Shown piece after piece: positions 1 to 10,382 of a DNA stretch of 64,000 bases; the stretch's first letter is position 1, and every line of letters begins with the position of its first letter. This DNA comes from Candidatus Poribacteria bacterium (GTDB taxonomy: Bacteria; Poribacteria; WGA-4E; PCPOR2b). The notes under the pieces were generated by a model, which saw nothing but the letters and a program-made list of their open reading frames with translations, made no database searches and had not been told where the DNA came from. The stretch covers positions 160,001 to 224,000 of the forward strand of contig OZ242326.1 of the NCBI GenBank assembly GCA_965208325.1. The letters run 5' to 3'. The translations under genes were made by a program, and so were the position numbers.

Positions 1-10
1 GAAACCCATC

Positions 11-1459
11 GTGTATTGGTCGGCTTTCACCTTTGTCCTTTTCTTCGTCCTCATCTGCATTAACACAATTATCCGCAGGCAGTTTACTGAGCATGAACGG
101 CTCACCTATCCGATTACTTGGATGCCGCTAGAGATGGGGCGCGATCCTGTCGCCTTCCTAAAAAACAGGTTGATGTGGATAGGTTTTGGAATCGCAGCAG
201 CAATTAGCTTGTTGAACGGGCTGAGCAATCTGTATCCCGCTCTGCCATCTGTTCCAGTTGGGTGGACGCGGTTCAACTTCAATGAGAAGCCGTGGAGTTA
301 CATGGTCTATACGCGGATCTCATTTCAGCCTTTCGTTATCGGCCTATCGTTCTTCATGCCGCTCGACCTGGCCTTTTCTGCCTGGTTTTTTTACTTCCTT
401 AAAAAGTTGACACAACTGCTCTTGGGCGCCACGATGGGTTGGCGGAATCTGTATCTTGATGAACAAGCCCAAGGCGCCTGGAACGCATTGGGGATTTTGG
501 CGTTGTGGGTCGGACGTAGACACCTCAAACGCGTATTCACGCACGCTTTTACGGGAAAGGGAGGCATTGATGATTCAAAGGAACCCATGCGTTATCGGAC
601 AGCTCTATTCGGAATCGCAGGAGGATTCCTGTTTTTTGTCTGGTTTGCGTTTAAGGCGGGTTTCTCGATTTGGGTGATGCTGATGTTTCTGGTGCTGTAC
701 TTTTGCACGGCGATTGGCATCAGCAAAATTAGGGCTAGTCTCGGTGTAACTGTGCATGAATTGTTGTGGGTGGATCCCGGCAGAACCATGGTTACATCGT
801 TGGGTACACGGACATTCGGCCCCCGTAACTTGACCATTCTCTCATTTCTGTACTGGCTTAATCGAGACCAGGCTGCCCATCCAATGCCAAGTCAGCTTGA
901 AGCGTTTCGGATTGGTGAACAGGTCAATATGAACTCTCGCCGGTTATTCTGGGCGGTGATTATCACTTTTGCCGTCGGAATTCCCGCGACCTTTCTGATA
1001 TACTTCGACATTTTGTATCACCACGGAGCCGCGAATCCTGCAACGTCCTTCATCATGGGCGTCGGAAGGGAAGGCTTGGGCCAACGCCTTCAAACGTGGT
1101 TGACTTTCCCAACGGCAGGGGACTACGTGACCATGGGATTTATGGGGCTAGGCGCCATCCTCACCGGTTTTTTCTTAATAATGAAGATGCGGTTCCTTTG
1201 GTGGCCCTTCCATCCGGTAGGTTATGTGCTCGGCGTAAGCCCGGCGGAGATGGTCTACATCTGGGTTCCCGTCCTCATAAGTTGGTGGCTAAAATTCATC
1301 ATCCTCAGATACGGCGGTTTACGGGCGTATCGGAAAGCCATCCCGTTTTTTGCGGGGTTGATACTTGGGGATTATTCGATGGGCGGCATCTGGAGCATCA
1401 TTAGCGCCATAACTAAAATCACAACCTACAATATGGGGTGGCACCCTGTGTTAAACTGA
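11..1459 (+). CDS. Polytopic membrane protein, DUF6785/DUF6784-like (5' truncated by window edge)
   Basis: Many hydrophobic helices; RRQFTEHERLTYPI, EPMRYR and WWPFHPVGY motifs; frame open to the window start. Confidence 0.65.
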   Translation: MYWSAFTFVLFFVLICINTIIRRQFTEHERLTYPITWMPLEMGRDPVAFLKNRLMWIGFGIAAAISLLNGLSNLYPALPSVPVGWTRFNFNEKPWSYMVYTRISFQPFVIGLSFFMPLDLAFSAWFFYFLKKLTQLLLGATMGWRNLYLDEQAQGAWNALGILALWVGRRHLKRVFTHAFTGKGGIDDSKEPMRYRTALFGIAGGFLFFVWFAFKAGFSIWVMLMFLVLYFCTAIGISKIRASLGVTVHELLWVDPGRTMVTSLGTRTFGPRNLTILSFLYWLNRDQAAHPMPSQLEAFRIGEQVNMNSRRLFWAVIITFAVGIPATFLIYFDILYHHGAANPATSFIMGVGREGLGQRLQTWLTFPTAGDYVTMGFMGLGAILTGFFLIMKMRFLWWPFHPVGYVLGVSPAEMVYIWVPVLISWWLKFIILRYGGLRAYRKAIPFFAGLILGDYSMGGIWSIISAITKITTYNMGWHPVLN

Positions 1460-1557
1460 GGTTGTACCGCGCGATGATTTTCCTTAACTGCATCGCAGTG
1501 TACTCAAGCGTGAATGCCTGCACGCAAAACTAGTGATTTGAAGAAAGCTAAGGTAGT

Positions 1558-3252
1558 ATGAGTTCAGACAATGCTAAAGGGATAAAAAAAGGTTTAACAA
1601 ACTACGGCGACCCTGAGTTTAGTGTGTACATTCGGAAGGCGTTTTTTAAGGCGATGGGGTACGGCGACGAGGAGCTTGAACGGCCTATCGTCGGCATCAT
1701 CAACACCTTCAGCGGGTTTAACAGTTGCCACCACAATTTCGCCGACCTAATCGAAGCGGTCAAAAGAGGAGTGCTGTCCCAAGGCGGGCTGCCAATCGAA
1801 TTCCCGACTATTTCGCTCGGCGAGATGTTTACGGCGCCTACGACCATGATGTTTCGCAATTTGATGGCAATGGATACTGAAGAGATGATTCGCGCCCAGC
1901 CGATGGATGGCGTCGTCCTTTTGGGTGGTTGCGACAAGACTGTCCCCGCCCAATTGATGGGTGCAGCAAGCGTGGATATTCCTGCAATCTGTTTAGTCGC
2001 GGGACCGATGATAACAGGCGATTATCGCGGTGAACGACTCGGCGCATGCACCGATTGCCGCCGATTTTGGAGAGAATACCGCGCAGGCAACATAGATAAA
2101 GGGGATATTGATGAAATTGAAGGTCGGTTGTGTGCCAGCACCGGCACCTGCATGGTAATGGGAACGGCTAGCACCATGGCAGCCATGGCAGAAGCGCTCG
2201 GTTTCATGCTGCCCGGCGGCGCCGCGATTCCTGCAGTGATGGCAGAGCGGCGTCGGCAGGCGGAGAAGACGGGGAGAACCATCGTCTCAATGATACGAAA
2301 ACAACTGCGTCCGTCAAAAATTTTGACCCGGAAATCATTCGAGAACGCGCTCAGAGTCCTCATGGCGATTGGCGGTTCGACAAACGCGGTCATCCACCTC
2401 ACAGCCATTGCGAGGCGTTTGCACATTGAATTGAATCTCAACGATTTCAATCAAATCAGCGATGAAACGCCGGTATTGGTGAACGTCAGACCCAGCGGTC
2501 AATATTACATGGAAGATTTTTGGAAGGCGGGCGGCGTTCCGGTAGTCATGAAAGCGCTCGAAGATTTTCTAAACACAGACGCGCTCACCGCCTTAGGGTC
2601 AACTGTCGGCGAGAACTTGTCGGGCGTTCCTCAACCCCCGGCATGGCAGAACGCGATCTCGGCAATAGACAATCCCCTGTTCGGAACAGGTTCGCTCGTC
2701 TGCCTATTCGGCAACCTTGCACCAAACGGCGCGGTCATCAAACGATCGGCTGCTTCTCCTAATTTACTAACACATCAAGGTCCCGCTGTTGTCTTTAAGT
2801 CGCTTGAAGACCTGCACAACCGTATTGATTCCCCGGACTTAGAGGTCACGAAAGAGCACGTTATGGTGCTTCAGAATGCAGGTCCCATCGGGGGACCAGG
2901 CATGCCGGAAGCCGGTTACCTACCAATTCCGAAAAAACTCCTACAAACCGGCGTCAAAGATATGGTTCGCATCTCGGACGCTCGCATGAGTGGAACGGCA
3001 TTTGGTGCCGTGGTGCTGCACGTCTCTCCGGAAGCGGCTGTTGGAGGCGCATTGGCATTGGTGCAGGACGGCGACCTGATTGAACTCGATGTCCCCACTA
3101 AACGCCTAGAATTGCTGGTAAACGCCGAAGAATTGGCGGAACGCTGGGATAATCTCACCCTCCCAACTACCCATTTTGAGAGAGGTTATGGCAAACTCTT
3201 TATCGATCACGTCGAACAAGCCCACCTCGGTTGCGATTTCGATTTTCTTTAG
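1558..3252 (+). CDS. ilvD: IlvD/Edd family dehydratase (dihydroxy-acid or sugar-acid)
   Basis: GGCDKT, GGSTN, GMPE, SDARMSGT and HVSPEA motifs. Confidence 0.9.
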   Translation: MSSDNAKGIKKGLTNYGDPEFSVYIRKAFFKAMGYGDEELERPIVGIINTFSGFNSCHHNFADLIEAVKRGVLSQGGLPIEFPTISLGEMFTAPTTMMFRNLMAMDTEEMIRAQPMDGVVLLGGCDKTVPAQLMGAASVDIPAICLVAGPMITGDYRGERLGACTDCRRFWREYRAGNIDKGDIDEIEGRLCASTGTCMVMGTASTMAAMAEALGFMLPGGAAIPAVMAERRRQAEKTGRTIVSMIRKQLRPSKILTRKSFENALRVLMAIGGSTNAVIHLTAIARRLHIELNLNDFNQISDETPVLVNVRPSGQYYMEDFWKAGGVPVVMKALEDFLNTDALTALGSTVGENLSGVPQPPAWQNAISAIDNPLFGTGSLVCLFGNLAPNGAVIKRSAASPNLLTHQGPAVVFKSLEDLHNRIDSPDLEVTKEHVMVLQNAGPIGGPGMPEAGYLPIPKKLLQTGVKDMVRISDARMSGTAFGAVVLHVSPEAAVGGALALVQDGDLIELDVPTKRLELLVNAEELAERWDNLTLPTTHFERGYGKLFIDHVEQAHLGCDFDFL

Positions 3253-3442
3253 TGCTGCGTAAGTTGGTAATCTGCATTCGGGACGATTCGGTGTAACATC
3301 CACGATCAATTTCTTAATCGTCGTGGGACTTTATAGTCATTGCAATCAAATAATTATACATTTACGCATTGGTTTGTTGGAGAGGCTTCTTAGCCTCAAT
3401 TATCAATCAGTCGATCCCTCCATGTGTAAATATGGACCTAAA

Positions 3443-3823
3443 TCACTGTAACTTGTACCGGTTCGTCTCGGGTTGCCAGTCTTGAATTAACCTTGTCTCC
3501 AATTCTAGCGTGTCCGTTTCTCCTGCTGTGGATACCGCCGAAAACTCGACGATATCGCGAAACATGTGAAGTTGCCGCCGAAGTTTTGGATTGTCTTCGT
3601 CGGAAAGATGCTGCAGCAGGCACCTGCGAACGCACGTAGTTGATTGACCGACGTAAAGGCGTTCCGGCGCATCCTCGGTGCAGGTCGGCAGCCACAACGC
3701 GTATAGACCGCATCTATCCTTCGGCAGTTGCAACACCTCAGTGCGTGTAAATGGCCGACGCTAGTTCTCTACCCGGTACTTCACAGAGAATGGGTTGGGG
3801 TAGTCGTGTGGTGTATTGGACAT
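3443..3823 (-). pseudogene. Small GIY-YIG nuclease, probably inactivated
   Basis: GLYALW...LYVGQS...LLQH...ELE...QPETN; upstream ATG at 3823 is in frame but interrupted by TAG at 3761-3763. Confidence 0.6.
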
Positions 3824-4106
3824 GGGGTGTCAAATAGGGTGCCTCAAATACCGAACAGCGATTGTTGCAACCGCTAAGCTAATATGTATAATTTTTGCTG
3901 ATTTTTATACATATAATATGTGATATGTATAAAACGTATACATATTGATGAGAGAAAACGAGTCTTTTGGAAAAACGCGGATTCTTTAAGGCGGCGCTAC
4001 GTTAGAAAATTGAGTTGTTCCCTGTCGTCCATCGCGGTGCGGATGTTACCCCATTCCGTAACGAGGTTATTGAAGATAACCGCGTTCTCCGAATCGCCCG
4101 GAAGGC

Positions 4107-4204
4107 AGTAGGCATACGCCGTATGCCGTAACCTTGGTTCAGAAGGCGCGAACGGCGTCAAAGCAAAATGTGCAAGTTATGCCGCACGGCGTATACCTAT
4201 TACT
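4107..4204. repeat. GTAG-type REP-like inverted pair
   Basis: agtaggcatacgccgtatgccgtaac (4107-4132) faces gttatgccgcacggcgtatacctattact (4176-4204). Confidence 0.6.
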
Positions 4205-4342
4205 TCCCCTTGCGCGTTCAATCGCATAAAGCCTAATTGAGGCTATATAGTAGCACAGACGACGGCCAAAATCTGCCAGTTTGTGGTGATTGCCCAGCTT
4301 GCCCTGATAAAAATATCGTTGTGAGCGAATCCCAAAATTGTG

Positions 4343-4371
4343 TTGACAAAGCCCATCTACATAGTTATAAT
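4343..4371 (+). promoter_or_regulatory. Consensus sigma70 promoter for the PorV-family gene
   Basis: TTGACA-N17-TATAAT, perfect match. Confidence 0.85.
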
Positions 4372-4405
4372 GGGGATATTCGTAAGTTTACAGAGGAGAG
4401 CAGAC

Positions 4406-5341
4406 TTGCCAGCGTACAAGCGATTCGTTGTTGCTGTTATTCTATGTACGACGTTACAGCCGTGGAACGTCGCCATTGGAGCGGACATACACCCGAACGC
4501 CGGTACAAGAGCCATGCCGTTTCTGAAAATCGGCATTGGGGCGCGAGCTATCGGCATGGGGGAATCCCAAGTTGCCGACGCAAGTGATCTCTACGCCTCC
4601 TATTGGAATCCGGCAGGCCTCGCTCGCGTTAAACGACCGCAGCTAGGCTTGATGCACAATGAATGGTTTGAAGGCATTAACCACGAGTTCTTTGGGTTTG
4701 TCCAACCCATTGGTGATGCGGGCGCGTTCGGCGGCAGTGCAATCTTTCTCGATTTTGGCGAACTGCAAGGGCGTGACGCCAGCGGCAACGAAACGAAAAA
4801 GTTCCGTCCCTACGATCTCGCGCTCGTTCTCTCCTATGCCCGCCAGTTCGCATCTGCGTTCTCGGTCGGCGTCAATGGAAAATGGATTCGGGAGCAAATC
4901 GACGACACAAACGCCCAAGTCATCGCATTCGACGTGGGGGGATTATATACCGTACCCAAAAGACCTCTCACCTTCGGGTTGAACATTCAACACCTCGGCG
5001 GCAAAGTGAAGTTTGTCGAGGAATCCTTTAATCTGCCGGTCAATATAAAGGTGGGTGCGGCTTATAAATTGCTCGACGATGCGTTCACCGTTGCCGCTGA
5101 TGTGAATCGCCCCTCTGACAATGATATCACGGTCGGATTCGGAACTGCACTCACGGTATCTCAACTGCTTCATCTGCGCACCGGTTACAAACACACCGTC
5201 GGTGGCAACGACTTGGGAGTTTCGTCGGGAATTACCGCTGGCATTGGATTTAGTATTGAGGGATTCCAGCTTGATTACGCCTTTGTCTCATACGGAAACC
5301 TCGGACCAACCCATCAATTTTCGCTCATCTTAAATTTTTAA
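4406..5341 (+). CDS. PorV/PorQ-family (FadL-like, UPF0164) outer-membrane beta-barrel
   Basis: FLKIGIGARAIGMG, YWNPAGLA, LDYAF and HQFSL motifs; C-terminal Phe; TTG start after AGGAG (ORF track start 4340 overlaps the promoter). Confidence 0.8.
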   Translation: MPAYKRFVVAVILCTTLQPWNVAIGADIHPNAGTRAMPFLKIGIGARAIGMGESQVADASDLYASYWNPAGLARVKRPQLGLMHNEWFEGINHEFFGFVQPIGDAGAFGGSAIFLDFGELQGRDASGNETKKFRPYDLALVLSYARQFASAFSVGVNGKWIREQIDDTNAQVIAFDVGGLYTVPKRPLTFGLNIQHLGGKVKFVEESFNLPVNIKVGAAYKLLDDAFTVAADVNRPSDNDITVGFGTALTVSQLLHLRTGYKHTVGGNDLGVSSGITAGIGFSIEGFQLDYAFVSYGNLGPTHQFSLILNF

Positions 5342-5488
5342 GGATGCGGCACACCCAGTTTTCAGATATTACGCCCAACTGTCACCCATCGTCTGAATTT
5401 TGTAGTCACATCCATCCGGCGCTGTCTATGAAATTCACACTAGCAATGTGCTAAGTGACGAGTCTCCGCGCTAACTGAAAGACAGACA

Positions 5489-6319
5489 GTGTATCCAACC
5501 ATCATTGATCTCGGATCAATCCCGATCGGACCAATTAACATTCCGCTGGCGATACATAGCTACGGGTTAATGTTGGCGGCAGCATTCCTGACGGTGATGT
5601 TCGTCACACAGCGGGAATTAGCGCGCAAACAACTCGATCCGCAATTGGCGTCATCAGTTGTCTTTGCCAGCGCCGTCGGCGGTATCATCGGCGCAAAACT
5701 CTACGCGGCGTTTGAGGATGGCAGTTTCTCCGTCAATGAACTGTTTTCGACTAGCGGGCTAGTTTGGTACGGCGGGATGATGGGCGGCGCTGCGGCTGCA
5801 TTTTTCGTCCTGCATCGTTCTACGAGTCCGACGCTTCCAGTGCTTGATGCATTCGCCCCTCTGTTTCTGCTTGGACATGGAATCGGGCGAATCGGCTGTT
5901 TTCTCGCCGGGGATGGCGATTACGGAGGGCCATCTGACCTGCCGTGGGCGATGGCGTTCCCGAATGGCACTGTGCCGATTGATGTACCGGTTCACCCAAC
6001 GCCGCTTTATGAAACCGGGATGTTGTGCATCGGCTTTGGCCTGCTGTGGAGGCTCCGCAAACGGAAGGAACAGACACCAGGCTGGTTGACAGGCGGTTAT
6101 CTCATCTTGGCGGGGGGCGAACGCTTCATAGCGGAATTTTGGCGACTCAATCCGCCGGGTCTTTTCGGGTTGTCCACGCCCCAAATCTTCGGTCTTGTGA
6201 GCGCCGGTATTGGCGGGTGCCTCATTTACTGGGTCACGCACCGATCCAGCCCTGCTGAGGCAGAGGACCTCCCAACCCCTAACCCGCCGCGAAGAAAACA
6301 GACGAGGCGCAGATCCTAA
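5489..6319 (+). CDS. lgt: Prolipoprotein diacylglyceryl transferase
   Basis: GRIGCFLAG, HPTPLYE and RFIAEFWR motifs. Confidence 0.9.
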   Translation: MYPTIIDLGSIPIGPINIPLAIHSYGLMLAAAFLTVMFVTQRELARKQLDPQLASSVVFASAVGGIIGAKLYAAFEDGSFSVNELFSTSGLVWYGGMMGGAAAAFFVLHRSTSPTLPVLDAFAPLFLLGHGIGRIGCFLAGDGDYGGPSDLPWAMAFPNGTVPIDVPVHPTPLYETGMLCIGFGLLWRLRKRKEQTPGWLTGGYLILAGGERFIAEFWRLNPPGLFGLSTPQIFGLVSAGIGGCLIYWVTHRSSPAEAEDLPTPNPPRRKQTRRRS

Positions 6320-6334
6320 GAAAGCATCGCCGGC

Positions 6335-7597
6335 CTAAGTTCGCACCTGCCCGTTTCCGTAGATGATGTACTTGTAGCTCGTCAACCCTTCAAGCCCCAT
6401 TGGGCCGCGGCAGTGCAGCTTCTGGGTGCTAATGCCGACCTCCGCACCGAGACCAAACTCATAACCGTCGGTGAACGCGGTGCTCGCGTTGACGTAGACG
6501 GCAGCTGAATCAACCTGCTTGAGGAATTGTTGCGCCGCGGCATAGTTTTCCGTGACAATCGAGTCTGAATGATGCGAACCGTAGGTTTCGATGTGTTGTA
6601 CAGCTTCGTCAAAGTTCGATACGATTCTGATTGACAAGATTGTATCGAGGTATTCTGTACGCCAATCATCCTCGGTCGCAGGAACCACGTCGGGACTCAC
6701 CCGCTGCGTCTTTTCACAGCCGCGAAGTTCCACGCCTTCGGCCGTAAACTTTTCGAACATTGGCGGGAGGAACTGCGGAGCGATTCGCTCGTGGACCAGC
6801 AGCGTTTCCATCGTGTTGCAGACAGCCACCTTGTATCCGACCTTTGCGTTGAAACAGATCTGCTCCGCCATGTCGGGATCAGCGGCTTCATCTACATAGA
6901 CGTGGCAGACGCCGTCCGCATGTCCGAGCACGGGAATCTCCGACTCCCGCATGAGAGAGCGCACCAACTCATAACTTCCGCGCGGAACTATTAGATCGAT
7001 GTGCTCCGGCAGCGCAATCATCTCTCGCACCGCCTGCCGATCGGTAATGCCGACAAACTGGATGACGTCTTTGATGCCTTCCCTTTCGGCGGTCTCGCTT
7101 AATATGTTGGCTAGCGTCGTGTTTGAACGAATGGCTTCCGAGCCCCCGCGCAAAATTACGCCATTGCCGGATTTGACACACAAGGCTGACACCTCGATGG
7201 TGACGTCCGGACGCGACTCGTAGATTACGCCAACAACGCCGATCGGTACACGGACGGTCCCAATTCGCAGCCCATTAGGGCGTTCCCACATGCGCGTCAT
7301 TTCGCCGATCGGGTCGGTCAGCCCGGCAACCTGCCTCAAATTATCCGCCATTCTTGCAATCTTCTTTTCGTCCACAAGCAGCCGCTTCATCAGCGGCTCT
7401 ACGAGTCCAGTCTTTTGCCCCTCCTCCAAGTCAATCTGATTGGCTTCTAAGATTTTATCTTTGAACGCTAAAATGCTATCCGCCATTGCCAACAGTGCGC
7501 TATTGCGCACATCAACAGAAGTGTTTGACAGGCGGCGCATGGCATTACTAGCAGATTCCGCTTTCGACTGGATCATTTCCTGAACCGTCTGACCCAT
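6335..7597 (-). CDS. proA: Gamma-glutamyl phosphate reductase
   Basis: IYESRP, LRGGSEA, VYVNAST and GAEVGISTQKLH motifs; ATG 7597 follows AAGGAG. Confidence 0.95.
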   Translation of the reverse strand: MGQTVQEMIQSKAESASNAMRRLSNTSVDVRNSALLAMADSILAFKDKILEANQIDLEEGQKTGLVEPLMKRLLVDEKKIARMADNLRQVAGLTDPIGEMTRMWERPNGLRIGTVRVPIGVVGVIYESRPDVTIEVSALCVKSGNGVILRGGSEAIRSNTTLANILSETAEREGIKDVIQFVGITDRQAVREMIALPEHIDLIVPRGSYELVRSLMRESEIPVLGHADGVCHVYVDEAADPDMAEQICFNAKVGYKVAVCNTMETLLVHERIAPQFLPPMFEKFTAEGVELRGCEKTQRVSPDVVPATEDDWRTEYLDTILSIRIVSNFDEAVQHIETYGSHHSDSIVTENYAAAQQFLKQVDSAAVYVNASTAFTDGYEFGLGAEVGISTQKLHCRGPMGLEGLTSYKYIIYGNGQVRT

Positions 7598-7611
7598 GAA
7601 ATTTTCTCCTT

Positions 7612-8778
7612 TCACGGTTCCTTTATCAAAACCAGGTTATCTCGATGAATCACCTCGTCATAGTGGTGATAGCCTAGAATCTTTTTTATTTCACTGGTGT
7701 GTTTACCCATTATTTGGGAAACTTCTAGCTTATTATAATTCGCAAGCCCTCTAGCAAATTCATTCCCGTTTTCATCGTAGCAGGAAAGGGTGTCGCCGTA
7801 CTCAAAATCACCTTCTACGCGGCGCAAACCGGATGGAAGCAGACTCTTGTCGCGGTGGATTAGCGCGTCGCGGGCACCGTTATCGACGTACAGCGTTCCT
7901 CTGGGCAGGCGTGAATAAGCAATCCACCGTTTGCGGGCAGATATCCGCTGTTGCGGCAGAAACAGCGTGCCAATCTCCTCTCCAGCGAGAATACGACTGA
8001 CCACTGCGGGCTGGTTTCCGTTCGCAAGCACCAGAATTTCCCCAGATCCTGTCACAATTTCTGCAGCTCGCAGTTTCGTAATCATTCCGCCGGTGCCGTC
8101 ACTGCTGCCCGCCCCGCCGGCAGAGCGCTGGAGCGTCTCCGTGATCGCTGGCACAACGCTGATAAACTCGGCGTTGGAATTTTTGCGGGGATCTTGCGTG
8201 TGAAAACCGTCCTGATCCGATAGAATTATGAGCAACTCAGCCTCCGCGAGATTGGTCACTTGGGCTGACAGCGTGTCATTGTCGCCAAACTTAATTTCTT
8301 CTACAGCAACGGAATCGTTTTCGTTGATAATTGGGATTGCGTTAAGTTGAAGCAGGGCACCCAGGGCGTCGCTTATGTGCGTGTAGCGCTCACGGTAACT
8401 AAAGTCGTCCTGAGTCAGCAGCATCATCGCTGTGATTATGCCGTGCCGTCGAAACCGTTGTTCATAAGCGCGCATCAGGTGGTACTGTCCAACCGCCGCG
8501 GCCGCCTGTAAATTCGGAATCGTTTGCGGCCGCTGCCGGAAAAGCTTTCCCGTGCCCGCGGCGATTGCCCCCGAAGACACGAGGATAATCTCTATCCCCT
8601 GCTGTTTCACCGATGCGAGATCGTCTACGAGGACATTAATGCGGCTCGGATTGAGAATGTAATTCTGGGAGATGACTCTGCTGCCAACTTTCACTACCAC
8701 CCGTTTGACGCGGGACAACAATTGACGCCTTTCAATCAGCGTCGCCCCCGTCGGGGCTGTATGTAAATTCGAATTCAT
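7612..8778 (-). CDS. proB: Glutamate 5-kinase with PUA domain
   Basis: VVVKVGS, INENDSV, FGDNDTLS, GTGGMITK and VIHRDNLV motifs; start uncertain. Confidence 0.95.
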   Translation of the reverse strand: MNSNLHTAPTGATLIERRQLLSRVKRVVVKVGSRVISQNYILNPSRINVLVDDLASVKQQGIEIILVSSGAIAAGTGKLFRQRPQTIPNLQAAAAVGQYHLMRAYEQRFRRHGIITAMMLLTQDDFSYRERYTHISDALGALLQLNAIPIINENDSVAVEEIKFGDNDTLSAQVTNLAEAELLIILSDQDGFHTQDPRKNSNAEFISVVPAITETLQRSAGGAGSSDGTGGMITKLRAAEIVTGSGEILVLANGNQPAVVSRILAGEEIGTLFLPQQRISARKRWIAYSRLPRGTLYVDNGARDALIHRDKSLLPSGLRRVEGDFEYGDTLSCYDENGNEFARGLANYNKLEVSQIMGKHTSEIKKILGYHHYDEVIHRDNLVLIKEP

Positions 8779-10042
8779 CTATTTTGACCGTATCTCCTAC
8801 TTGAGCGCCTGTTCTGTTAAGCGCGTTAATTACGCCCATCTTCTTGAGTTTCCGGTGGAGCAAAACAAGCGCTTGATCATTCTCCATATCCGTCATCAGT
8901 ACTGCCCGGTGCGGCTCCTCACCCCGAACAACGAAACCGTCTCCTACTTTCAAGAGTTCAAATCGCCCGTGCTGTTTGGGGAAGGTCGGCAATGAAATCA
9001 TATCGGATTCCACCGCGCCGCCGCTCTCCTGCCTTTCACGATTGCGTTCATGGATACGTTGGAGCCGTCCATACGCCGCACGAATTAACCCATTTACACC
9101 GTCTCCGGTAAGCGCTGAAATTGAAAAAATCCGTCGTTTACCAAAGTAATCAGTAATCTGTGGAAGATTGAGCTGTGCATTGGGCAAATCCGCTTTGTTG
9201 AGCGCGACTAACTGCGGCATTCGGACTAACCGCGGATTGTATAGTTCAAGCTCCTCGTTGAGTTGTTCATAGTCCTCAATTGGATCGCGACCGTCGACGG
9301 ATGCACAATCAATGACGTGGATGAGTAGTTTCGTGCGTTCGATATGCCGTAAGAAGTCGTGCCCCAACCCCGCGCCCGCGTGCGCCCCTTCGATGAGTCC
9401 GGGGATATCTGCAACCACAAAGTTTTTCGCCGCTCCGATACGCACTACCCCCAGGTTCGGCGCAAGCGTCGTAAACGGATAATTCGCGATTTTCGGCTTC
9501 GCGTCGGATACCCTTGCAAGCAGCGTCGATTTGCCGGCGTTCGGATATCCTACCAATCCCACCTCTGCAATAACTTTGACTTCCAGTTCAACACGCCGCG
9601 TTTCGCCCGGCTCACCCTTTTCCGCGACACGCGGCGTTTGAAAGATGCTGCTCTTGAATCGCGCATTTCCCTTGCCGCCGACTCCGCCTCGCGCAACAAT
9701 GACCCGTTGGCCATGCCGCTTCAAATCGGCGAAATCATCGGTCATTTCAGGATCCCGGACGACCGTGCCGACTGGAACTTTTACAACGCGGTCGTCCGCT
9801 TCCTTGCCGTGCCTGTGTTTTCCCCTGCCGTGTTGCCCATCGGGCGCGTTCTGGCGTGGTTGGTATCTGAGATCCAACAGTGTACTAAGTCCTTCTGCTG
9901 CTTCGAGAACCACACTTCCCCCGCGCCCGCCGTCGCCGCCGTTCGGTCCCCCGCGTGGCACATACTTCTCCCTGCGGAAACTAATGCATCCGTTTCCGCC
10001 GTTTCCGCCCGCGACGTGAATCGTTGCTGTGTCTACATTCAT
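8732..10042 (-). CDS. obgE: GTPase ObgE with C-terminal OCT domain
   Basis: Gly-rich Obg fold, GYPNAGKS, YPFTT, DIPG, NKAD; probable ATG at 10042. Confidence 0.95.
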   Translation of the reverse strand: MNVDTATIHVAGGNGGNGCISFRREKYVPRGGPNGGDGGRGGSVVLEAAEGLSTLLDLRYQPRQNAPDGQHGRGKHRHGKEADDRVVKVPVGTVVRDPEMTDDFADLKRHGQRVIVARGGVGGKGNARFKSSIFQTPRVAEKGEPGETRRVELEVKVIAEVGLVGYPNAGKSTLLARVSDAKPKIANYPFTTLAPNLGVVRIGAAKNFVVADIPGLIEGAHAGAGLGHDFLRHIERTKLLIHVIDCASVDGRDPIEDYEQLNEELELYNPRLVRMPQLVALNKADLPNAQLNLPQITDYFGKRRIFSISALTGDGVNGLIRAAYGRLQRIHERNRERQESGGAVESDMISLPTFPKQHGRFELLKVGDGFVVRGEEPHRAVLMTDMENDQALVLLHRKLKKMGVINALNRTGAQVGDTVKIDEFEFTYSPDGGDAD

Positions 10043-10200
10043 TGCTAAAACCTCTGAAGCGCCCCTCATTAGGAGAGGCAGCCCCGCCTCGACCATATCT
10101 TATTGGGACTGGGCGCCGCAGGACTCGTTACAGATTGCACAAATACAGTCTATAAAAAAAGCGGACAAAAACTGCATCAATGATGTTGCCTGTGTAATAT

Positions 10201-10350
10201 AGGACTTACGCAATAAGTTCAAGAGTCCCCCTGTTAAAGAATCAAACGAACGAATAGTGAGTGCGATAGTCTTTGGGGGGTTAAAAATCGCTGAAATAAC
10301 GATTATTTATGCCCAATATTTCCTTTTTCCGCTCAAATTGCGAAAGTCCT
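10201..10350. mobile_element. 150-bp MITE-like element with AGGACTTACGCAA terminal inverted repeats
   Basis: aggacttacgcaa ... ttgcgaaagtcct; same termini recur at 41205/41354, 48175-48186 and 50972/51404. Confidence 0.55.
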
Positions 10351-10382
10351 GTATAAGTTAAGCGGCGGCAAACTAAATGCAA

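Noticed and set aside
4340..4405. N-terminal extension of the PorV-family ORF
   Set aside because: Overlaps a perfect promoter; RBS supports TTG 4406
8732..8778. 47-nt obgE/proB overlap as a special feature
   Set aside because: Probably start-site uncertainty or ordinary translational coupling
9359..10048. 229-aa ORF antisense to obgE
   Set aside because: Fully overlaps a conserved gene; no recognisable features
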